This document shows, piece by piece, positions 51,178 through 63,526 of a stretch of 64,000 nt of DNA (position 1 is its first letter; every line of letters begins with the position of its first letter). Position numbers and translations under genes: made by a program. The DNA comes from Scyliorhinus canicula (taxonomy: Eukaryota). The notes beneath the pieces are model-generated. The model had not been told where the DNA came from, ran no database searches, and saw only the letters and a program-made list of their open reading frames with translations. The stretch covers positions 162,397,050 to 162,461,049 of the forward strand of contig NC_052151.1 of NCBI RefSeq assembly GCF_902713615.1. The letters are read 5' to 3'.

Positions 51178-51531
51178 CATAGAATCACAGAATTTACAGT
51201 GCAGAAGGAGGCCATTTGGCCCATCGAGTCTGCACCGGCTCTTGGAAAGAGCACCCTACCCAAGGTCCACACCTTCACCCTCTCCCAATTACCCAGTAAC
51301 CCACCCAACACTAAGGGCAATTTTGGACACTAAGGGCAATTTAGCATGGCCAATCCACCTAACCTGCACATCTTTGGACTGTGGAAGGAAACCGGAGCAC
51401 CCGGAGGAAACCCACGCACACACGGGGAGAACATGCATACACTGCGCAGAGAGTGACCCAAGCCCGGAATCAAACTTGGGACCCTGGAGCTGTGAAGCAA
51501 TTGTGCTAACCACTATGCTACCGTGCTGCCC
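51178..51531 (-). mobile_element. HE1 V-SINE nested in the Gypsy pol
   Basis: Full-length copy. Confidence 0.93.
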
Positions 51532-53381
51532 ACGTATCGTTTAATATCAACTTGATCTTTTCCAGGAACGATATGTGCGTAGCCCAGAACAGTATACCAT
51601 CCACACTAAACCCTGACAGTTTTGATGAAACCGCCCTTAACTCGCCTGGTAGCTGTCGATGCTGACCTCCATGTGACATAACATGTTGAACGTTTGTGAG
51701 AATCAGGTCTGTTGAGTCCATTCACGGATTCGAGATGCTGTGACAGGCATTGTGTCCATGAAGTTTAGAGTGGTGCCCACTTGTACGCCCGGGGGTGGCG
51801 GGACGGGGGTAAAGGCAAACAGCTCAGTGCATCGACATTCACTATCTGGGTCCCTGACTGATACTTGAAAGAATATTCGTAGATGGGCAACAGCAGGGCC
51901 CAGTGCTGGATCCTCTTGGAGGCAGTGGGCGGGATCGCCTTGTCCTCCTTAAAAAGAACAAGTAAAGGCTTATGGTCTGTAATAATAGTGAAATGGTGGC
52001 CATAAATGTACTGGTGAAATTCTTTCACTGCTTAGACCACCTCCAGACCCTCCTTATTGATCTGCTCATATTTCCATTCCGCCACAGCCAGCATCTGAGA
52101 GGCAAAAGCAATTGATCGCTCCTCGCTGTTCCCCATCCAGTGTGACAGGGTACAGTGAAAAGTATTGTTCTGTGTTCAGTCCAGACAGATCGTTCCATAC
52201 ACGAGAAAAAACATAGGACATACATTAGTACACAACATAAATACAGAAGCACAGGCAAAGGGTGAAGCATACGGAGTGCAGACCTACTTAGTGGACACGA
52301 TGTGTCAAGAGATCAGATCAGGCCATAAGAGAGTCATTCAGGAGTCTGGTGACAGTGGGGAAGAAGCTGTTTTTGAATTTGTTAGTGTGTGTTCTCAGAC
52401 TTTTGTTACTCCTGCCCGATGGAAGAAGTTGGAAGAGTGACTAAGTCGGGTGGGAGGTGTCTTTGATTATGGTACCCGCTTTTCCCAAGGCAGTGGGAGT
52501 CAGTGGATGGGAGGCGGGTTCGTGTGATGGAGTGGGCTGTGTACACGATCTCTGTAGTTGCTTACAGTCTTGGGCCGAGCAGTTGCCTTTATCAGGCTGT
52601 GATGCAGCCAGATAAGATGCTTTCAACAGTGCATCTGTAAAAACTGGTGATAGTCAATGGGGACATTCGGAATTTCCTTAGTTTCCCGAGGAAGTATAGG
52701 CGCTGTTGTGCTTTCTTGGTCATAGCATCGACGTGGGTAGACCAGGACAGATTATTGGTGGCGTGCACACCCTAGGAATTTGAAGCTGTCAACCATCTCC
52801 ACATTGGCACTATTGATGCAGACAGGGGTGTCAATGACCAGCTCTTTAGTTTGCTGACATTGAGGGGAGAGATTGTTGTTTTTGCATCAATCCACCAGGT
52901 TCTTCCCTTCTGTACTCTGACTCGTTCAAGGTCCAACCCAATACGGTCGTGTCACCAGCAAACTTGTAGATAAGAGTTGGAGCCAAATTTTTCCACACAG
53001 TCTTGTGTGTATAGGGAGTATAGTAGGGGGCTAAGTATGCAGCCTTGTGGAGTTCCGGTACTGAGGACTATCGTGGAGCAGGTGTTGTTGTTTACTGTTA
53101 CTGAATGTGGTCTATGGGTCAGGAAGTCGAGGATCCAGTTGCAGAGGGAGGAGCCAAGTTCTAGGTTTTGGAACTTTGACATGAGCTTGGCTGGGATTAT
53201 GGTGTTGAAGGCTGAGCTGTCGAACTGACTTCGGAAGCTGTGACGGTCGGTATGTCTGTGTCCAAGGCTGCTGGAGCAGTTGACAACGGTTTGATGGTTT
53301 CCTGGTCGAAACGAGCATAGAATGCATTGAGTCCATCGGGAGAGGTGTCGTAATAGTTAGCAAGAACTTGCCGTAATAGTT

Positions 53382-53618
53382 TTTTTTTTCTTTTTTTTTA
53401 AATTTAGATTAGCCAATTATTTTTTCCAATTAAGGGGCAATTTAGCGTGGCCAATCCACCTACTCTGCACATTTTTTTTTGGGTTGTGGGGGCGAAACCC
53501 ACGCAGACACGGGGAGAATGTGCAAACTCCACACGGACAGTGACCCAGAGCCGGAATCGAACTTGGGACCTCAGCGGCGTGAGGCGGTTGTGCTAACCAC
53601 TAGGCCACCATGCTGCCC
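53382..53618 (-). mobile_element. V-SINE with poly(A) tail and 15-bp TSD
   Basis: TSD cttgccgtaatagtt (53367-53381, 53621-53635); T-run on + strand is a poly(A) tail. Confidence 0.92.
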
Positions 53619-54228
53619 TCCTTGCCGTAATAGTTAGCAAGTCCTAAAAATTAAAGTTCTGAGGTGTCCGTCGGGGTGGGGGCCTGCTGAATGACATACC
53701 TCTTGTTAGCGATGGGGCCCATCCGGTAGTCAATAAATAGGAGTCTGAAGTAGCAGTCCTTGTTGTCCATAGGCTCCAGGGATGAGTGTAGGCTCGGGAG
53801 ATGGCGCATGCTCTGGACCGGTTGTGGCGATATGCGAATTGCAGTGGATCAAGGCATTCTGGGAGTATGATGTGTCTCATGACCAACCTGTCAAAGGACT
53901 TTATAATGATAGATGGCAAGGCCACCGGATGGTAGTCGTTGAGGCACGTTGCCTGGTTCTTCTTTGGCAGCGGTATGATAGTGGTCTTCTTGAAGAAGGT
54001 GGGAACCACGGAATGGAGTAGAGAGAGGTTGAAGACGTTCACGAATACACCCGCCTGTTGTCCGTGCAGGATCTTAGTGCACAACCAGGGACGCTATCAG
54101 GACCATCACTTTCCAAGGGTTCACATTCAGGAAGGCTGATATGACTTCGGAAGCTGAGACGGCAGGTATGGGTGTGTCCGAGGCGGCTGGAGCAGTTGAC
54201 AACGGTTTGATAGTTTCCTGCTCGAACC

Positions 54229-57200
54229 TCTGGTGATATGTATTACTGTAAATACACAAGGTGTTAATGTAAATACACTGCGACTAAGTAAACACTAGAG
54301 GGAGCACCAGAGACGTCATGACATGCAGACATACAGCTAATGAACACATAGAATAGGACACGACCAATGGGTAGTCAAGACACCCAGAGGTGACACTACC
54401 ACAAGGGGGCATTGCACAACCCATATATAAGGACAGGGCACACATGCTCTGTCTCTTTCCACAGGAGAGTAGGACAGGGGCTGATGAGAAGCATCACATC
54501 CACCATGTGGCTGAGAGCAGACTGGTTAGTTAGACTGAGTTACTATAGCAAGATTAGCAAGAGAGTCAAACTCATAGAGAACTGTGCTAATGGTTCAATA
54601 AATCACATTTAACTTACTTCAACGTCTGGAGTATCTTTTGGTCAAAGCTGCATCGAGTTGCAGCCTGTGTTATCCCAGAGTACATAACACAACATGGTAC
54701 CAGTAGTGCCTGTTGAATCTATATAGATCAGCAAGATCCGTGACAACCAGCAACAGCATCCTGGCAAGATGATCGAGATTTTGGTTCTTCAGCAGCTCAG
54801 GTACCACGGCAATCTCAGTGCCAACTGGCGTGCATTCAAGCAAAGATTTGAGATTTACGTGGTAGCATCCGACCTAGATGGCGTGGCCGATGTTGAGAAG
54901 ATAGATCTTCTACTCACCATTGCAGGTGAAAGTGCAACAGTAATCTTCAACTCCTTCAAGTACTCCAAAGGGCAGCACAAGAGAGACTTCCAGACAGTCC
55001 TGGACAAGTTTGAAAACTACTGTGAGGTAAACGCAATAGAAATTGGTAAAACTGGCGCCTATACTCACCACGAGGCAAAGGTAGGCTTAAGACAGAAGCA
55101 AACGGCAATTTTGACTGGCAGCCATCTTGCGCAAGGAGCTGCACATGCGCAGTTCCCGAGAAGATGCGAACCGGCGAAACAGTGTTTTGCCCATGCGCAG
55201 TTGCGAAGAGAGCGCACAGTGAAGGAAAAGATTTGCGCATGCGAAATCCATTCCTCTGCTCTACGTCACGAGCGTCATGACGTCAGAGGCCCCGGACCAT
55301 GCTCACTTAAAGGGGAAATGTCCGAAAATAGTGAAAAACATTTTTAAAGCCGCAAAACACAATTCTTTCACCTGCAACGGCAGTACAATGCCTGAACTTC
55401 GACCAGTAGCTGAAAGTAACCTTCGCAGAACCCTGCAACAAGCAGTTAGCACCGCCCTAAGAGATGATTTAATCCTTGAAGACTATGACTCAGACGATGA
55501 CTTCATAATTGGTCGTGGCGACCTCAGTACCAAATCCGAACCGCAACGAGATGTGTTGTACATTGAAGCATCCGACATAGTCATGGACAAGTTCTTTGGA
55601 TTTGAAGTTCCTCAGCCCAGCATAGACGACATCCCGACCCATGAGTACAGGATTCTGCTGCGGCCTGACGCCAAGAGACAAAGAGCGGTACAAGCCCACA
55701 GAGAGTGGCCTGACCCCAAGAGAGTGGTCCACGCACCACGAAGAGTCCCTGACTCAGCACAGAAAGCGATGACAGACTCCACAGCGAGACCACTGCACGA
55801 CTCCGTTGAGAGCGCACAGATCGACTCCACAGTGAAACCACTGCATGACTCCACACAGGGAATAATGCCAGACTCCACAGAGTGAGCGATACAAGCCTCC
55901 ACAGCGAGCTTGTTGACAGACTCCACGATGGACACAACGCAAGACTCCAGAGCGCAGTCCTTGAATGAACAAGATCATGAAGGTCAACCAGCAGCAGATG
56001 ATGCAAGTCTACCACGCTCACGTGAACAACAAAAAGACTATGACAGTCTACCCAGATTATTTGAGCCACCAGAAGCAGACTCTGACAGTCTGCCCAGCTC
56101 ATCTAACTGACAAGAAGACACTGAAGGTCTACCCACTGTATGTGTGACAAGTGACAAAGGCTTCACAATTCCCATACAAGATATGCGACATCTCAGCGAG
56201 ACTGACAGACCTCATCTAGTATGTACAGAGGCACTCGACAATCAAAGTGAGGCTACTAATGACTCCAGTGACACCACATTAATTCAAACCTCATCTACTC
56301 GAGCCTCTCCACAAGAACCTGAAATGACTCCAGACGGGGAGCATCAAGAAACCAAAGGTAATTCAGGTGAACCAGAAAGGGCTCCAGACGGGGAGCATCG
56401 ACAAGCCAAAGATGATTCAAGTGAACCGGACATGACACCAGACGGGGAGCGCCGAGGAATCCAAGACAGCACGCTCAATGAAACAGCAGATGCCGCAAAG
56501 GACACTGACACAAGTAACTTTGTGAAGGACTCCAATTCTCTACTCGGTGTGGTCATTGAGCGCAACAAACACAACAACAAAACCTACGAAAACAACAAGC
56601 AGAAGTGTACCAGAGGCAACAAGCACATCAATAACAATGACAACAACAATAGAACAACAACTCTGCCCATGAAGGCCAATGTTACTGCTCAGCTCAGAAC
56701 AATGGCGTGAGTGCAAACATACCATGGCATGTCAACGCATCTCACCAATTCACATTTACTACACTACGGACAAGCAAACAAACTTTCAGGCAAGGTGTCA
56801 TCAAGAATTGCGACCACAAGCACAAAAAAAAGAGTCCACCTCAGATACTGAAGTGATTTGACTATTTGAACACCTCCTGATGACTTCTTGGTTACGTAAA
56901 CACCAGGACACTGACGGTGTTCACAAGGGAATGACAACATCAACATCGACACTTCCATAACAGCACAAGAAAGACCACTCGACCGTGTAAATTCATGAAC
57001 TTTGGACTCATAACTATTATTTGGTATTGTATAATCCTCAAAGTCATGATAACTATTATTTGGTATTGTATAATCAAATAATAGTTTGATCTTGAATAGT
57101 CATCACAGTCATCATAACTTGTACATATCATCACTTATTTACCTGTTTTTGTTCAATTTTTCTTTAACACTGTACAGAAAATATGTAACACGAAAAAGGG

Positions 57201-57666
57201 GGGATGTGGTGATATGCATCACTGTAAATACACAAGTGGTTAATATAAATACACTATGACTAAGTAAACACTAGAGGTAGCACCAGAGACATCATGACAT
57301 ACAGCTAATGAACACATAGAATAGGACACTGGGCAGCCAAGACACCCAGAGGTGACACTGCCACAAGGAGGCATTACACAACCCATATATAAGGACAGGG
57401 CACACTTGCTCTGTCTCTTTCCACAGGTGACACTTAGAGTGTAGGACAGGGGCAGATCAGAAGCATCACACCCACCATGTGGCTTAGAGCAGACTGGTTA
57501 GTTAGACTGAGTTACTATAGCAAGATTAGCAGGAGAGTCGAACTCATAGAGAACTGTGCTAATAGTTCAATAAATCACATTGAACTTAGTTCAAAGTCTG
57601 GAGTATCTTTTGGTCAAAATTGCACCGATTTGCAGCCTGTGTTATCCCAGAGTACATAACACAACA
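54229..57666 (+). mobile_element. Complete non-autonomous Gypsy-type LTR retroelement (LTRs 54229-54694 and 57205-57666)
   Basis: Paired LTRs of about 465 bp, TSD gaacc/gaatc, PBS tggtaccagtagtg (tRNA-Leu-like), PPT aaaaaggggggga, gag N-terminus at 54769; no RT, RNase H or integrase motifs. Confidence 0.93.
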
Positions 57667-58121
57667 GAATCGAGCATAGAATGCATTGAGTTCATCGGGG
57701 AGAGGTGCCGTAATAGTTAGCAAGAACTTGCCGTGATAGTTAGCAAGTCCTAAAAATTTAAGTTATGAGGTGTCCGTCGGGTGGGGGCCTTCTGAGTGAC
57801 GTGCCTCGTGTTCGTGATGGGGGTCCATCAGGTAACCGAGGTAGATCACCTCCCTTACATTGAAGACACATGTCGCCCGCCGCAAATGGACAGCAGACTC
57901 AGAAAAACATTTTCCTACTGCCTCAAGTTTCTCCAGATTAACTTTTCGGTTGCTCCCGTGACCAGCACGCCATCTAAACAAAGCGCCACGCATGGCAACC
58001 CCCTCAGGATGTTCTCCATTACTCGTCGAAATATAGCACAGGCAGAAGACACTCTGAAAGGCAGCCTGGTGTACTCGTGCACTCCTCTGTGGTTTATTGT
58101 AACATATTTCCAGGATGCCAC

Positions 58122-58646
58122 TGTGGCGATATGCATCACTGTAAATACACAAGGGGTTAATGTAGATACACTAGGACACTGTAAATACAGAAGGTGTTAA
58201 TGTGAACACACTACACCTAGCTAGACACTAGAGGGAGCACCAGAGACATCATGACACACAGACATTCAACCAATAGGTCAGTAAGATAGGACACAACCAA
58301 TGGGCATTCAAGACACACACACACACAGGTGACACTACCCCAGGAGGGCATTACACCAACCCATATATAAGGACACAGCACACATGATCTTCCTCTTTCC
58401 AGTGGAGACGCTTAGTGAGTACAGACAGGGTTGATTGAAACACATCACAACCCACCACGTGGATTGTGGCAGACTGGTTAGATAGTCTGAGTAGCTATAG
58501 CAGGATTAACAGGAGAGTCGAATCCAAGTAGGAGAATCGTTAACAGTTTAATAAATGTGTTAAAGCTATCCCCAGGTCTGAACCTTCCTTTGTCAGAGTG
58601 CACAGCAAGGAAGCAGCTTATGCTATGTCAAGAGCATAACAAAACA
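58122..58646 (+). mobile_element. Solo LTR related to the 54229 element
   Basis: tgtggcgatatgcatcactgtaaatacac...cataacaaaaca with perfect 5-bp TSD gccac; splits the host Gypsy RT. Confidence 0.92.
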
Positions 58647-59086
58647 GCCACGTCCAACAAGCTGAACATATGCGTGGCTTATGTCAAGCTTCATGAATGA
58701 ACATCCACCCTGCAGCTTTGTGTAATAACCTTCAATCTGGGGCATGGAGTAGCAATCCAACCTTGAAACAACATTCATGGTGAATTTATAATCCCCGCAT
58801 AACTGGACTGTTGTCTGTCTTTAATGGCGGCACCTCAGGTGCTGCCCAGTCTGCGAAACAAACGGACCTGATGATACCCAGATTCTCCAACCGATTGAGT
58901 TCAGTTTCTACTTTTATCCAACAAAGCATAGGGTAAACTGGGAAAGATTACTTGAATGCATGTGCAAAAATACATGAAAAGAATCCTTTGGACTTGTACC
59001 AAGATAAAAAACATTGAGACCCCGATAATACAGTGGGCCCTCGCATGAGGTGAGTGATGTAACAGAACATTGCAGGGATGCTGCCT

Positions 59087-59563
59087 TTGAACATGGAACA
59101 TACAGTGCAGAAGGAGGCCATTCGGCCCATCGAGTATGCACCGACCTACTTAAGCCCTCAATTCCACTCTAACCCCCTAATCCAATAACTCCTACCTTTT
59201 TGGACACCGAGGGCAATTCAGCATGGCCAATCAATCTAATCTGCAGGTAGACATAGAACATACAGTACAGAAGGAGGCCACTCGGCCCATTGAGTCTGCA
59301 CCGACCCACTTAAGCCCTCACTTCCACCCTATCCCCGTAACCCAATAGCCCCTCCTAACCTTTTTTGGTCATTGAGGGCAATTTATCATGGCCAATCTAC
59401 CTAACCTGCACGTCTTTGGACTGTGGGAGGAAACCGGAGGAAACCCACGCAGACACGGGGAGAACGTGCAGACTCCGCACAGGCAGTGACCCAAGCCAGG
59501 AATCGAACCTGGGACCCTGGCTCTGTGAAGCAGCAGTGTTAACCACTCTGCTACTGTGCTGTC
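59087..59563 (-). mobile_element. HE1 V-SINE (59251-59563) plus an adjacent tail-only copy (59087-59247)
   Basis: Two consecutive gaacatacagt.cagaaggaggcca tails. Confidence 0.88.
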
Positions 59564-60669
59564 CATATGGAATAACAGTGCAAAACTGTACACATATTTA
59601 ATGAACTATGAATAAAGTATTTAGAGTTTACACAGGGTGTGTGATTGTCACTGCGAAAATCCACTTCTTTCAGCCTCTTTCAAGCCCAGTTATAAGGGAC
59701 CAAAAGCTTCTGAGAAAAATGAATAGACATCAAATTTAAATCTTGGATTAAGTATTGCATATATGCAAATATCTTAATTAATTGGTTGCAGTCAATTTGT
59801 TTCCACTTGCTAGCCACTTGTGCTACCATGCTGCCCACCTTTAGATTGGATTGTCTGGGAAGTAAGGACTTGCTGTTGGATTAAGGCACTGAACGAGGGG
59901 GGTAAATGAAAAACAAAAAAATGCAACTCATTTCTCTTACATTGCTTCTCTTCTCTTACTTACATTGTTCGTACGAGCAGGCGAGGTAGCAAAGAAATGG
60001 CACTCAGCATTATCTAATATCGTATGAGTTAATTACAAAGGTCTAATTCTGAGCTGATTAAGTAGCCCACTGTTTCAGGCAGTTCAGTAAATAATTACTT
60101 GCTGCTTAACAATTTAAAAAGCTGAATTCAGCCAAGGTCGTGTCTTGGAAACTGTTTTAATCAGCTGTTCAGTTAAAGATAAGGTGTTAAAATGTAATTA
60201 TCTTAGCAGTTGCATCAAGCACCTCATAATTAATAATTAGAGGCCATTGCTCAGTGAGATGTACTGTTTTATTGTGACAATATGCGGGTAACTTACCTCT
60301 TTTGGTTTTATTGTAGTCAGTATTTAATGGATAAATTACATTCACACCAACTTTTACAATTCACAATTACTTTGCGTCCTCCGTGTCAGTGGCAATTTTA
60401 CCTTTCCCTATTCTTCCAATTTCCAAATCATCTCAATCAAGGTCCCCTAATTTTGACAGATTTCCCAGTTATTTTCAACTATGAAGGATTAGAAGGTGAA
60501 CTAATTGAGGCATTTAAGATGATGAAATGCTTTGGTAAGATCAAGGGGAACTATTGCCTCCGGTGGAGGAGTACTGAACCAGGCACATTACCCTCAAATT
60601 AGAGTTAGGTGGACCATGGGTCAGAAAAAAGAACTTGCATTTATGTAGTGTCTTTCACAACCTCAAGAT

Positions 60670-62577
60670 GCCTTGAGAGTTACAAGTTAGCCAGGAAGGA
60701 CCTAAAGGGAGAGTTAAGAAGAGCGAGGAGAGGACACGAAAAGTCGTTGGCGGATAGGATCAAGGAAAACCCTAAGGCTTTCTATAGGTATATCAAGAAC
60801 AAAAGAATGACTAGAGTAAGATTAGGGCCAATCAAGGATAGTAGTGGAAAGTTGTGTGTGGAATCAGAGGAGATAGGGGAAGCGTTAAATGGATATTTTT
60901 CGTCAGTGTTTACACTGGAGAAAGACAATGTTGTCGAGGAGAATACTCAGGTTCAGTCGACCAGGCTAGATGGAATTGGGGTTCAAAAGGAGGAGGTGTT
61001 AGCAATTTTGGAAAATGTCAAAATAGATAAGTCCCCTGGGCCAGATGGGATTTATCCTAGGATTCTCTGGGAAGCCAGGGAGGAGATTGCAGAGCCTTTG
61101 TCCTTGATCTTTATGTCGTCTTTGTCGACAGGAATAGTGCCGGAAGACTGGAGGATAGCAAATGTTGTCCCCTTGTTCAAGAAGGGGAGTAGAGACAACC
61201 CTGATAATTATAGACCTGTGAGCCTTACTTCGGTTGTGGGTAAAATGTTAGAAAAGGTTATAAGAGATAGGGTTTATAATCATCTTGAAAAGAACAAGTT
61301 GATTAGCGATAGTCAACACGGTTTTGTGAAGGGTAGGTCATGCCTCACAAACCTTATTGAGTTTTTTGAGAAGGTGACCAAACAGGTGGATGAGGGTAAA
61401 GCGGTTGATGTGGTGTATATGGATTTCAGTAAGGCGTTTGATAAGGTTTCCCACGGTAGGCTATTGCAGAAAATAAGGAAGTATGGGATTGAAGGTGATT
61501 TAGTGGTTTGGATCAGTAATTGGCTAGCTGAAAGAAGACAGAGGGTGGTGGTTGATGGCAAATGTTCATCCTGGAGTTCAGTTACTAGTGGTGTACCGCA
61601 AGGATCTGTTTTGGGGCCACTGCTGTTTGTCATTTTTATAAATGACCTGGAAGAGGGTGTAGAAGGATGGGTTAGTAAATTTGCAGATGACACGAAGGTC
61701 GGTGGAGTTGTGGATAGTGCTGAAGGATGTTATAGGATACAGAGGGACATAGATAAGCTGCAGAGCTGGGCTGAGAGGTGGCAGATGGAGTTTAATGTGG
61801 AAAAGTGTGAGGTGGTTCACTTTGGAAGGAGTAACAGGAATGCAGAGTACTGGACTAATGGCAAGATTCTTGGTAGTGTAGATGAACAGAGAGATCTTGG
61901 CATTCAGGTACATAAATCCCTGAAAGTTGCCACCCAGGTTAATAGGGCTGTTAAGAAGGCATATGGTGTGCTAGCCTTTATCAGCAGGGGGATTGAGTTT
62001 CGGAGCCACAAGGTCATGCTGCAGCTGTATATAACTCTGGTGCAGCCGTACCTGGAATACTGCGTGCAGTTCTGGTCACCACATTACAGGAAGGATGTGG
62101 AAGCTTTGGAAAAGGTTCAGAGGAGATTTACTAGGATGTTGCCTGGTATGGAGGGAAGGTCTTACGAGGAAAGGCTCAGGGACTTGAAGTTGTTTTCGTT
62201 AGAGAGGAGAAGGCTGAGAGGTGACTTAATAGAGACATATAAGATAGTCAGACGGTTAGATAGGGTGGACAGTGAGAGTCTTTTTCCTCGGATGGTGATG
62301 ACCAACACGAGGGGACATAGCTTTAAATTGAGGGGTGGTAGATATAGGACAGATGTCAGAGGCAGTTTCTTTACTCAGAGAGTAGTAGGGGTGTGGAACG
62401 CCCTGCCTGCAACAGTAGTAGACTCGCCAACTTTAAGGGCATTTAAGTGGTCACTGGATAGACATATGGATGAAAATGGAATAGTGTAGGTCAGATAGGC
62501 TTCAGATGGTTTCACAGGTCGGCGCAACATCGAGGGCCGAAGGGCCCGTACTGCGCTGTAATGTTCTATGTTCTATG
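60670..62577 (+). mobile_element. Young 5'-truncated CR1 (HER1-type) LINE with an uninterrupted RT frame
   Basis: ORF to 62489 has KSPGPDGI, NYRPVSLTS, DFSKAFD, GVPQGSVLGP and FADD with no stops; 3' UTR ends in (GTTCTAT)n; the first about 20 aa of the listed ORF come from the flank. Confidence 0.96.
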
Positions 62578-63526
62578 CCAAAGCAGTCAATGAAGCACCT
62601 TTGAAGTGTAGCAGCACCTTCACACAGGAAAAGAGAAATCTGTAACTCTCCCCAGAACAGGCTGAGAAAATTGCAAATTTTAAACAAAGATTAATAGAGT
62701 TTTATTGGGTAAGGGCATTAAGATATACAGAATCAAACCAGGTAAATGGAGTTAAGATAGACATGATCTAATTTAATTTTGGGAACAGGCTCAAGCGCTG
62801 AATGACCCACAACTATTTCAAGTCCTTTAGAATTTCTTGGAACAATTGGAATGCTCTGAAAGCTATTTAGTTCTGTTTTGGAAATAGTACAAAGTACAAT
62901 CCTACTGTAATTTCCCCAAGCCTAATTCATACTCCATGTTATCACCCTGAGGGGATGATGGGCAATTATTTGTGAAGCTGTAACTGAGTCCTGGAGAGAG
63001 AGAGTCTCCAATACTGTTTTAGAATTATAATTTTTGTATTTATAACTTGCTACATTATTTATATTAGAATGACCTGTTTGTGGCATGTTTGTAAAAATGT
63101 TAATGTTCAGACAAATAACAGACAAAACCATCACTGAGCATATGCAGGGCTTCAAAGGACTGAGTATGAAATGTTGTCACATTGTAAGTAATGTATTAAT
63201 AAGCATCGGTCAAAGAAGATATCAAACTCAAATCGACAATTTGCATTTTATTTTACCTTTCATTTGCATTCTGCCAGAAGGTGGTCAGAGGAACTTGGAT
63301 ATCTCCCCAGAAAAGAAAAGCCAAGTTGAAGAATTAATTGCTCTATAGTGAATTTTTATGCCCTAAGAGTAGAATTAACCGAAATATGGGAGTGCATTAC
63401 CTTCATTATCACTGCTAGGTTGGTAGGGAACCTAATAAGTCCAGAGGAACAAATATGAAAATTAAAGACATTAGCAAATTAATATGTCGAGGGAAAAGCA
63501 GAATTATTGACCAGTTGTGGAAGATA

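Larger units (their letters stand above)
52140..57710 (-). mobile_element. Second Rex/Babar LINE, split by later insertions
   Basis: [49 protein letters not shown]; 5' end resumes at 57667-57710 after the LTR element. Confidence 0.88.
49757..58935 (-). mobile_element. Decayed Gypsy pol (RT, RNase H, integrase) with probable PPT and 3' LTR; host of nested insertions
   Basis: RT YTRLPFRVSSACAIF (57.9-58.1 kb); RNase H FHQYIYGHHFTIITDHKPL (51.8-52.0 kb); integrase PLHPSEWPGEPWAHMHADF (50.8-51.0 kb); purine tract at 50012-50021 next to a TG start at 50007. LTR extent is uncertain. Confidence 0.85.

Noticed and set aside
56310-56470. Three 54-bp repeats with variable interiors resembling a CRISPR-like array
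   Set aside because: In-frame 18-codon tandem repeats inside an LTR element in a vertebrate; no constant repeat/unique spacer structure and no cas genes.
60609-62489. 626-aa RT ORF as a host or domesticated gene
   Set aside because: Ordinary 5'-truncated CR1 with its own 3' tail; the GTG start lies in flanking DNA.
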